From: Malacoraja senta
Lineage: Eukaryota
Reading direction: 5' to 3'
Length of the DNA: 64,000 nt
Assembly: GCA_038087875.1 (NCBI GenBank)
Contig: JAXLNO010000611.1
Span: 1 to 64,000, forward strand
Translations under genes and position numbers: made by a program
In this document: in pieces, positions 35,345-45,734 of the stretch
How positions within the stretch are numbered: position 1 is the stretch's first letter
Layout of the letters: the number at the start of each line of letters is the position of its first letter
The notes under the pieces: generated by a model
The model's input: the letters and a program-made list of their open reading frames with translations, nothing else
The model's database searches: none
Told to the model about the DNA's origin: nothing

Positions 35345-36706
35345 TGTCAGTTATTAAAGATGGGATAGCAGCACATTTGGAAAGTGGTGAAATCATTGGA
35401 CAAAGTCAGCATGGATTTACGAAAGGTAAATCATGTCTGACGAATCTTATAGAATTTTTCGAGGATGTAACTAGTAGAGTGGATAGGGGAGAACCAGTGG
35501 ATGTGTTGTATCTGGACTTTCAGATGGCTTTCGACAAGGTCCCACATAAGAGATTAATATACAAACTTAAAGCACACGGTATTGGGGGTTCAGTATTGAT
35601 GTGGATAGAGAACTGGCTGGCAAACAGGAAGCAAAGAGTAGGAGTAAACGGGTCCTTTTCACAATGGCAGGCAGTGACTAGTGGGGTACCGCAAGGCTCA
35701 ATGCTGGGGCCCCAGCTATTTACAATTTATATTAATGAGCTGGATGAGGGAATTGAAGGCAACATCTCCAAGTTTGCGGATGACACTAAGCTGGGGGACA
35801 GCGTTAGCTGTGAGGAGGATGCTAGGAGACTGCAAGGTGACTTGGATAGGCTGGGTGAGTGGGCAAATGTTTGGCAGATGCAGTATAATGTGGATAAATG
35901 TGAGGTTATCCACTTTGGTGGCAAAAAGAGGAAAGCAGACTATTATCTAAATGGTGGCCGATTAGGAAAAGGGGAGATGCAGCGAGACCTGGGTGTCATG
36001 GTACACCAGTCATTGAAAGTAGGCATGCAGGTGCAGCAGGCAGTGAAGAAAGCGAATGGTATGTTAGCTTTCATAGCAAAATGATTTGGGTATAGGAGCA
36101 TGGAGGTTCTACTGCAGTTGTACAGGGTCTTGGTGAGACCACACCTGGAGTATTGCGTACAGTTTTGGTCTCCAAATCTGAGGAAGGACATTATAGCCAT
36201 AGAGGGAGTGCAGAGAAGGTTCACCAGACTGATTCCTGCGATGTCAGGACTTTCATATGAAGAAAGACTGGATAGACTCGGCTTATACTCGCTAGAATTT
36301 AGGAGATTGAGAGGGGATCTTACAGAAACTTACAAAATTCTTATGGGGTTGGACAGGCTAGATGCAGGAAGATTGTTCCCGATGTTGGGGAAGTCCAGGA
36401 CAAGGGGTCACAGCTTAAGGATAAGGGGGAAATCCTTTAAGACCGAGATGAGAAATAACTTTTTCACACAGAGAGTGGTGAATCTCTGGAACTCTCTGCT
36501 ACAGGGGGTAGTTGAGGCCAGTTCCTTGGCTATATTTAAGAGGGAGTTAGATGTGACCCTTGTGGCTAAAGGGAGCAGGGGGTATGGAGAGAAGGCAGGT
36601 ACGGGATACTGAGTTGGATGATCAGCCATGATGATATTGAATGGCGGTGCAGGCTCGAAGGGCCGAATGGCCTACTCCTGCACCTATTTTCTATGTATCT
36701 ATGTAT
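35345..36706 (+). mobile_element. Young CR1 LINE, RT region to 3' tail
   Basis: ORFs 35344-36084 and 36100-36612 in the same frame separated by one stop; SGVPQGS, KFADD; 3' part very similar to 32400-33076. Confidence 0.95.
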
Positions 36707-37363
36707 CTTTCTCAAAGATGTATCCCCATTGAAACCACGAGAGGGTCTAAAGAAGGCCCTTATTTTCATACCATCTCCACAAAGACTAGATTAGATAGAC
36801 TTGGTTATAGCAAAAAAACAGATCACTTTAATGATTGAAATCTCCTGACATCCTTGATCACACTCTCTATCATAAGCAGTACTTGGAACAGCAAGTTGAC
36901 AAAGCCCATCTATCACAAACCATAGGAAACTGGGGACATTAGAAGATCTCCAAAGACCTTGGCTCATCAACCAGAAACAAGTAGAGTAACTGTAGAGGGA
37001 GAAACAGCAACAGGTGAGAAGATTCTACATTCACCTCAAAATATCAAACACTGGATGGACAGGGCCTGGAAAAATAACTCGAGGCCCAATGTTTCAAGGT
37101 CAGTTTATCGCCACATGTACCAATTAAGGTACAGTGAAATTAAAATGTGTCTGCAGTAGTGAATCCTGCAGGGTAGAAGAATACATTGACTACTTTCATA
37201 ATCAAACTGGCACAGCAACATGCCAGCTATATCAAAGACAACACTTCACACAAACAGTGAACCTCCTGACTGAGTTGCCCAACGGTGTAACTCTTACTAT
37301 GGGCATCAAACCCTGTACACAAACAGTGAACTCACTGCTCAATGCTGCACTTTTTTATTATGG

Positions 37364-37730
37364 GCATCCTGCCTGAGCCGCTGAGTTACTCCAGCACTTT
37401 GTGAAACGTCACCTGTCCATGTTCTCCACAGATGCTGCCTGACCCGCTGAGTTACTCCAGCACTCTGTGAAACGTCACCTATTCATGTTCTCCACAGAAG
37501 CTGCCTGACCCGCTGAGTTACTCCAGCACTCTGTGAAACATCACCTATCCATGTTCTCCACAGATGCTGCCTGACCCGCTGAGTTACTCCAGCACTCTGT
37601 GAAACGTCACCTATCCATGTTCTCCACAGATGCTGCCTGACCCGCTGAGTTATTCCAGCACTCTGAGAAACGTCACCTATTCATGTTCTCCACAGATGCT
37701 GCCTGACCCGCTGAGTTACTCCAGCATTTT
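37364..37730 (+). repeat. 66-bp tandem array (~5.5 copies) of Penelope-derived terminal unit
   Basis: gatgctgcctgacccgctgagttactccagcactctgtgaaacgtcacctatccatgttctccaca at 37431, 37497, 37563, 37629, 37695. Confidence 0.92.
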
Positions 37731-38426
37731 GTCTTTTGAGCAAGAGCATGCAAATATCTTTACAAATCTCTACAACAATCTGTCCAGTCAAAAGCTCAAT
37801 GAATGACCACTCCACACATCACACACATTCCTTTCACCTGAAAGTCCTTCACAAGAACTCATAATAAACAAGCTTTAATTAGGGAAGTTAACATTAACCA
37901 TTTCACACAAGTCGTTAACAACTACTTCACATTAACTTTCCTCAACCAAGTACAATGTAGACCCACTATAAATTCCTCGCTGGCTTCTTAATCATAACAA
38001 TTAGTCATCAACTGAAAACCAGTCTTCATAAAGTGCCCCAATTAAAACACAATTGGACAGCTATCCAGGAGACAAATTCATTTTGCCACTGCCTTCAGTA
38101 ATCAAAACTACACCCAGAAATCAGTCTGAAGGCTCCCAACCTAAAATCCCACCTTTCCATGTTCTCCACAGATGCTGCCTGACCCGCTGAGTTACTCCAG
38201 CACTTTGTGTCGCTTTTTGTAAACCAGCACCTGCAGTTCCTTGATTTTCATCCCAAATCTTCCCTGGTTTCAGGGCTTTTACTAAGTTTGGCATCTGGGC
38301 AATGGGTGCATTACGGGGAAAGGTAAAGGGTCACAGAGCAATAAAGAACCATTTTGCAGTAAAGAGCACAATATCTAATTTGTAGACAGCGCCCCCAATG
38401 TGCAGTGAATTCATATAACAGGGCGC

Positions 38427-38625
38427 TCCAATCTGTGGTCAACACTCCCACCATTTGGTGATCCGCCGCACTGCAGGCCCATCCAGTTTGTGGTCAACAC
38501 TCCCACCATGTGGTGGTCCGCTGCACTGCAGGCCCGTCCAGTTTGTGGTCAACACTTCCACCATGTGGTGACCTGCTGCACTGCAGGCCTGTCCAGTCTG
38601 CGGCCAACACTCCCACCGTGTGGTT
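38427..38625. repeat. 55-bp tandem repeat (~3.5 copies)
   Basis: tgtggtcaacactcccaccatgtggtg...gcactgcaggcccgtccagtt at 38434, 38489, 38544, 38599. Confidence 0.9.
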
Positions 38626-39205
38626 TAAGAAAGAACTGCAGATGCTGGAAAAATCGAAAGTCGATAAAAATGCTGGAGTAACTCAGCGGGTGAGGCAGCA
38701 TCTATGGAGAGAAGGAATAGGTGACGATTCAGGTCGAGACCCTTCTTCAGACTGAAGTTGGGGTGGGGCGGTGAGAAAAAGAAAGGAAAAGGCAGAGACA
38801 GTAGGCTGTGGAAGAGCTGGGAAGGGAAGGAGGGAGAAACCACTGAAATTGGAGAATGGGAAGATGTGGCCAGTGGTGGGACCCCGTTGGAGGTGGCGAA
38901 AATGTTGGAGGATTATCTCTTGTATGTGACGGCTGGTAGGGTGTAAGGTGAGGACATGGGGGACTATGTCCTTGTTACGAGTAGGGGAGTGGGGAGTAAG
39001 AGCGGAGCTTCGGGATATAGAGGAGAACCTGATAAGAGCCTCGTCTATAGTAGAAGAGGGAAACCACCATTCCTTAAAGAATGAGATCATCTCCGATGCC
39101 CTGGTTTGGAACACTTCATCCTGGGCGCAGAGGTGGCCAGTGCAGTCCAGATAGCCATGGGCGTCAGTGGGATTGTAGTAGATGTCGGTCAGTAGTCTGT
39201 TACTT
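38625..39205 (-). mobile_element. Penelope-like element, internally deleted RT C-terminus/linker plus terminal repeat
   Basis: LLTDIYYNPTDAHGYLD...CAQDEVFQTRASEMISFF...LTLHPTSRHIQEIILQHFRHLQ; terminal ctgaagaagggtctcgacc unit. Confidence 0.85.
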
Positions 39206-39885
39206 ATGATAGACAACAGACAATAGATGCTAGAGTAGGCCATTCGGCTCTTCAAGCCAGCAGCGCCATTCAATGTGATCATGCCTGATCATCCCCAATC
39301 AGTACCCCGTTCCGGCCTTCTCCTCATATCCCCTGACTCCGCTATCTTTAAGAGCCCTATCTAGCTCTCTCTTGAAAGTATCCTGAAAACCGGCCCCCAC
39401 CGCCATCTGAGGCAGAGAATTCCACAGACTCACCACTCTCTGTGAGAAAAAGTGTTTCCTCGTCTCCGTTCTAAATGGCTTACCCCTTATTCTTAAACTA
39501 TGGCCCCTGGTTCTGGACTCAACCGACATCGGCAACATGTTTCCTGCCTCTAGCGTGTCCAAACACCTTAACAATCTTATATGTTTCAATAAGATCCCTT
39601 CTCATCCTTCTAAACTCCAGAGTGTACAAGCCCAGCCGCTCCATTCTCTCAGCATATGTCAGTCCCGCCATCCCGGGAATTATCCTGGTGAACCTACGCT
39701 GCACTTACTCAATAGCAAGAATGTCCTTCCTCAAATTAGGGGACCAAAACTGCACACAATACTCCAGATGTGGTCTCACTTGGGCCCTGTACAACTGCAG
39801 AAGGACCTCTTTGCACCTATACTCGACTCCTCTTGTTATAAAGGCCAACATGCCATTCGCTTTCTTCACTGCCTGCTGTACCTGC
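39206..39885 (-). mobile_element. CR1 LINE 3' fragment
   Basis: ORFs 39705-39887, 39519-39704 and 39299-39589 match the CR1 ORF2 C-terminus. Confidence 0.92.
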
Positions 39886-40337
39886 AATGGGGGACATAGG
39901 GGACTCTGTCCTTGTAACGAGTAGGGGGATGGGGAGTAAGAGCAGAGCTGCGGGATATAGAGGAGAACATGATAAGAGTGCTGGAGAAACTCAGCGGGTC
40001 AGGCACCATCTCTGGAGGAGAAGGATGGGTGATATTTTGGGTAGGAACCCTTCTTCTGTTCCATCCCCAAATCACTAGTTTCTCCAGAGATGCTGCCTGA
40101 CTCACTGAGTTACTCCAGCAATGTGTCCATCTTTGGTATAAACCAGCATCTACAGGTCATTGAATCTACATTTTACATCACCCAGATTCAATTTCAGTTG
40201 TGATAAGGTTATGGTATCATCCTTTTATTCTGACACTGTGTCCTCTGGTCTGAGACTCTCCCACTAGTGGAAACATCCTTTTAGTTCTGAGATACAGCAC
40301 AGAAACAGCACAATTCCAGATGCAATAGAAAAAATAA

Positions 40338-40790
40338 TGGCGGGACTGTCATATGCTGAGAGAATGGAGCAGCTGGGCTTGTACACTCTGGGGTTTAGAA
40401 GGATGAGAGGATATCTCATTGAAACATAAGATTGTTAAGGGCTTGCACACGCTAGAGGCAGGAAACATGTTCCTGATGTTGGGGGAGTCTAGAACCAGGA
40501 GGCACAGTTTAAGAATAAGGAGTATGCCATTTAGAACGGAGACGAGGAAACACTTTTTCTCACAGAGAGTGGCGAGTCTGTGAAATTCTTTGCCTCGGAG
40601 GGCGGTGGAAGCAGGTTCTCTGGATGCTTTCAAGAGAGAGCTAGATAGCGCTCTTAAAAAATAGCGGAGTCAGAGGAACGGGGTACTGATTGGGGATGAT
40701 CAGCCATGATCACATTGAATGGCGGTGCAGGCTCGAAGCGCCAGACGGCCTACTCCTGCACCTATTGTCTATTGTCTATTGTCTATTGTC
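40338..40790 (+). mobile_element. CR1 LINE 3' fragment with (CTATTGT)n tail, followed by SINE 3' remnant to ~40900
   Basis: MAGLSYAERMEQLGLYTL..., cctactcctgcacctattgtctattgt. Confidence 0.88.
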
Positions 40791-40974
40791 TCCCACACCA
40801 AAGAGGTACAGTTTGCAGGTTACTTGGCTTCGTATAAATGTAAATTGTCCCCAGTGTGTGTAGGATAGTTTCCGCGCTGTATCTCTAAACTAAACTGAAA
40901 ATCGGCACTCTTTCCTTGTGCCTTTAATCTCCCAAAGTGCAACACCTCACACAAGCTCGGTTTAAACTCTGTCC

Positions 40975-41490
40975 AAGCAGTCGTTCCAGGTCCGACAGAG
41001 GTTCACCTGCAACTCCTCCAACCTCATCTATTGCATCCGCTGCTCTAGATGTCAGCTGATCTACATCGGTGAGACCAAGCGCAGGCTCGGCGATCGTTTC
41101 GCCGAACACCTCCGCTCGGTCCGCACTAACCAAACTGATCTCTCGGTGGCTCAGCACTTCAACTCCCACTCCCATTCCCAATCTGACCTTTCTGTCCTGG
41201 GCCTCCTCCATGGCCAGAGTGAGGACCACCGGAAATTGGAGGAGCAACACCTCTTAGGCAGTTTGTACCCCAGCAGCATGAACATTGACCACCAATTTCA
41301 GGTAGCCCTTACTGTCTCCTTTCCCTTCTCAGCTCTCCCTCAGCCGTCTGACTCCTCCTCTTCCTTTCTTCTTCCCACCCCCTCCCACCCAACATCAGTC
41401 TGAAGAAGGGTTTCGGCCCGAAACGTTGCCTATCTCCTTCACTCCATAGATGCTGCCGCACCCGCTGAGTTTCTCCAGCATTTTTAGCTA
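40975..41490 (+). mobile_element. Penelope-like element GIY-YIG endonuclease remnant plus terminal repeat
   Basis: RQRFTCNSSNLIYCIRCSRCQLIYIGETKRRLGDRFAEHLRSV...VAQHFNSHSHSQSDLSVLGL...RKLEEQHL. Confidence 0.92.
41396..41432 (+). ncRNA. Putative minimal type I hammerhead ribozyme in Penelope terminal repeat
   Basis: CTGAAGA (41400-41406), A, stem GGGT-TTCG-GCCC, GAAA (41420-41423), CGTT; fits the CUGANGA...GAAA...UH core. Confidence 0.6.
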
Positions 41491-41974
41491 CCTAACACCA
41501 TTTCTCCGCACATTTCTGCATCTGATCTTCATCCCGCCGTATCTTGCGACAGCTTCCTCACTGTCTGCAACTCCTCCAATCTTGGTCTCGTCAGCAAACA
41601 CACTCAGCCACAGATCGCCAGCATCTTCACACGTGCACTCTGATGGAGGGACAGCGCATCCTGGACATTTTTGCCGCCTTAAATAGAATAATGCACCTGC
41701 CTTCACCGTGTTATTGTGAATGTCGGAGTGGTCACTGCCGTACCCGGCTCCCTTTCAACGCCACACACCCTATCTACTCATACTGCCTCCTTCAGTGAGA
41801 TGAGAAGCTGGACCCTAAGATCCCACTGCACATCAATTGTGTCAAGGAAGAAGGGTCTTGACCTGAAACGTCACCCATTCCTTCTTTGTCAAGTATGAAT
41901 ATTGCTTTCTTTAACTTCAAGTACACCTGTGCTCGCTCGCTCTCCATCGCTCCCCCACCAAAGTCACACCAGCT

Positions 41975-42630
41975 TGAAGTCTTTGAATTTTCGTGGTTTT
42001 TCACGCCTTGAATTTTCGTGGCTTTTCATGTCTTGAATTTTCGTGGCTTTTCACGCCTTGAAATTTCGTGGCTTTTCACGCCTTGAATTTTCGTGGCTTT
42101 TCAATGCTTGAATTTTTTAGGTTTTTCATGTCTTGATTTTTCGTGGCTTTTCACGTCTTGAATTGTCATTGCGTTTCATGTCTTGAATTTTCGTGGCTTT
42201 CGACGCCTTGAATTTTCGTGTTTTTTCACGTCTTGAATAGTCATTAATTTTAACTTCTAGAAATTTGATGGTTTTTCAAGTAGAATTTTTGTGGGGGGTT
42301 TTCACGTCTTGAATTTTCGTGGATTTTCACGTCATGAATTTTCGTGTCTTTTCATGTCTTGAATTTTCGTGGCTTTTCATGTCTTGAATTTTCGTGGCTT
42401 TTCGTGTGTTGAAGTTAAGGGGCTTTTCATGTCTTGATTTTTCATAGCTTTTCACGTCATGAATTTTCGGAGCTTTTCACGTCTTGAATTTTGTGGCTTT
42501 TCCAGTTTTGAATTGCCGTTGCCCTTGACGTCTTGAATTTATTGTGCCTTTTATCGTCTTGAATTTTCGTGGCTTTTCACGTCTTGAATTTGTGTGGCTT
42601 TTCACGTCTTGAATTGTTGTGGCTTTTCCT
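41975..42630. repeat. 25-bp satellite outlier (variant of the main array)
   Basis: tcttgaattttcgtggcttttcacg with period 25 (42007, 42032, 42057). Confidence 0.93.
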
Positions 42631-42835
42631 GACCCGAAACGTCACACATTCCTTCTCGCCAGAGATGCTGTCTCTCCCGCTGAGTTTCTCCAGCATTTCG
42701 TTTCAATCTTCGGTTTAAACCGGCATCTGCAGTTGCATCCAACACTGTTAATAATTTAGTTTAGTTTAGAGATACAGCGCGGAAACAGGCCCACCGAGTC
42801 CGCACTGACCAACGATCCTCGCACATTATCACTAT

Positions 42836-43865
42836 TAATAGGTTGAAGGCCAAGAGCAAAGTCAGTAACACCGCCATCATGGAGCTTCTGCACGCGGATG
42901 ACTGCGCCATTGCTGCACACTCTGCAGAAGACCTCCAGGGCATCCTGAATGCCTTTGCCAAGGAATACAGAGCCATGGGCCTAGACCCAGGTCCCACATG
43001 AACCTCTACCCAACCAGCCGTCTAAAAGTGGACGACACCACTCTTGAAAACGTTGACCACTTCCCCTACCTTGGCAGCATTCTTTCCTCAAAAGCTGACA
43101 TCGACTCTGAGGTCAACCATCGCCTGAGTTGTGCCAACGGAGCCAATGCCAGACTCAGGGGAAGAGTTTTTGAAGACCGAGAACGAAAGGCTCAAACAAA
43201 ACTGCTGGTCTACAGAGCCATTGTCCTCTCCACCCTGTTGTATGGGGTTGAGTCATGGACCACCTACAGCAGGCACCTGAGAGCCCGGGAACAATACCAT
43301 CAAAGATCCTTACAAAAGATTCTGAGGATCAGCAGGGAGGACAAACGCACCAACATCAGCATTTTGGAGGAAGCCAACATGACCAGCATCACCACCACAA
43401 TAATGCAGCACCAACTTCGATGGACTGGCCATATCATCCGTATGTTCAACACACGTCTCCCTAAACAAATCCTGTACTCTCAACTGAAGCAAGGTCGGCG
43501 AGCCCCCGCCGGGCCAAAGAAAAGCTTCAAGGACAACACCAAGAACAGTCTGAAGAAATTCCACATCACATCAAGCAACTGGGAGTGCCTTGCACTAGAC
43601 ATGCACTCCTGGAGGAAGTCGGTGCAGGAATGAGCTGCCCTTCACGAAATGAAACCACGCCGTGTCGCAGAGACAAAGCGACAGCATCGTAAAGAGAGAG
43701 AGAAGGAGCCTCGACAACTACCAGCCCCCGCCAGTCTCCACTACCCACGTTGCAACAAGGTGTGTGGATCGCGGATCGGCCTTTACAGACGTCTGCAGAC
43801 CCACAAGTGGACGACTCTATGGAGAGGACAGTCATAATTGTTTCGAGTGACCGCCGATGATCACA
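42836..43865 (+). mobile_element. RTE-BovB-like LINE 3' fragment
   Basis: RLKAKSKV..ELLHADDCA, VDHFPYLGSILS, TKLLVYRAIVLSTLLYGVESWT, QLRWTGHIIRM..RLPKQILYSQL, decayed C-terminal RCNKVCGSRIGL..LQTH. Confidence 0.9.
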
Positions 43866-44379
43866 CAAGAGAGGCAATTTAAACTGGTATAACAAACCAA
43901 TTGATGTATATAATGTAAATAAATGAGCTGGATGGAATCAATGATGATTGGTTAAGTTTAATTTCGAGATACAGCGCGGAGACAGGCCATTCCGCCCACC
44001 GAATCCGCACCGAGGAAGGATCGGTAGATGCTGGTTTACACCGAAGATAGACTCAAAAGCTGGAGTAACCCAGCGGGGCAGGCAGCATATCTGGTGAAAA
44101 GGTGACGTTTTGGGTCGAGACCCTTCTTCAGACTGAAAGGCAGGTGAAAGGAAAACGAGAGATATATAAAGGTACAGAACAAATCAGAGCCCGAAACGAA
44201 GGCCCTGAAAGGTGGAGCCCTCAATTTCCCTGTGTGTGGTCATGGAAGAGATACACACAGGGAAACTAGCAGAACAATAAAGTGGGGGGGGAACAGAGAG
44301 AGGGAAAGCATACCGCTGGGGTGTAAGCTGCCCAAGCGAAATATGAGGTGCTGTTCTTCCAATTCAGTTTGTAACTATG

Positions 44380-45730
44380 AAACACCAGTATGTAGCTAGC
44401 TATCCAGTCTGTAGCCATGTAGCTAGCTACCTAGTTATCCAGTTTGTAGCTCAGTCTCGGTAGCAAACTAGCTGTCCAATATGTACATCATTCTAGCTAG
44501 CTACCTAGCTATCCAGTATGTAGCTCAGTCTTGCTATCTACCTAGCTATCCAGTATATAGCCATCTAGCTAGCTACCAAGTTATACAGGATGTAGCCATC
44601 TAGCTGGCTCAAATGTGATCATGTTTTGTCTTTCTGCTTACTGGTGAGCACGCGACTAAAGCTTTTCACTGTACCTCGGTACACGTGTGAATAAATTAAT
44701 GAGGGGGAAAGAATTATATGAGATTGTTACAAGGATTGGTGTAACAACACACCAGTTCTAGCTTCAGTTGTTGTTGTTGCTCATATTGTATTGCTCTTTT
44801 ACAGGTGCTCTCCCCTAAATCTACCCTAAATTTACAGATGCCTTCACTTCTGCACTATTTAAAGGTGCCCTCCCCTAATTCACCATTTAAAGGTGCCCTC
44901 CCCTAAATCCCCTCCCATTTACGTCCTACCCTAAATCCACATTTACTGGTGCCCTTCCCAAACCCCCCGCATTTCCAGGCACCCTCACCTATATGTAGCC
45001 ATCTAACTATCCAGTATATAGCTCATTCTAGCTAGCTACCTAGTTTTACAGTGGGTAGCCTCAGTCTAGCTAGCTACCTAGCTATCCAGTATATTGCTCA
45101 GTCTAGCTATCTCTCTAGCTATCCAAGTATGTAGCTTCATCTAGTTAGCTACCAAGCTATCCAGTATGTAGATCACTCTACTAGCTACCAAGCTATCCAG
45201 TATGTTGCTCAGTCCAGCTATCTCTCTAGCTATCCATAATTTAGCCATCTAGCTGGCTACCTAGTTATACAGGATGTAGCCATCTAGCTGGCTCAATTGT
45301 GATCATGTTTTGTCTTTCTGCTAACTGGTTAGCACGCGACTAAAGCTTTTCACTGTACCTTGGTACACGTGAGAATAAATTAATGAGGGGGTAATAATTA
45401 TATGAGATTGTTACGTGGATTGGTGTAACAACACACCAGTTGTTGTTGTAAAGATTCAGTTGTTGTTGCTCATATTGTATTGCTCCTTTCCAGGTGCTCT
45501 CCCCTAAATCTACCCTAAATTTACAGATGCCTTCCCTACTGCACCATTTAATAGTGCCCTCCCCTAATTCACCATTTACAGATGCCCTCCTAATTCACCA
45601 TTTAAAGGTGCCCTCCCCTAAATCCCCCTCCCATTTACATGCCCTAGCCTAAATCCACATTTACAGGTGCCCTTCCCTAACCCCCCCCCCCTATATCTAG
45701 ACACCCTCCCCTATATGTAGCCATCTAGCG
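44380..45730. repeat. Tandem duplication of a ~684-bp composite unit
   Basis: ttatacaggatgtagccatctagctggctc at 44581 and 45265; each copy has TAGC-rich repeats, a retroposon tail and catttacaggtgccctcccctaa subrepeats. Confidence 0.85.
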
Positions 45731-45734
45731 AGCA

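Noticed and set aside
37364..37730. CRISPR-like regular repeats (also 24058-24350 and 38427-38625)
   Set aside because: Head-to-tail units without unique spacers, no cas genes, vertebrate retroelement context
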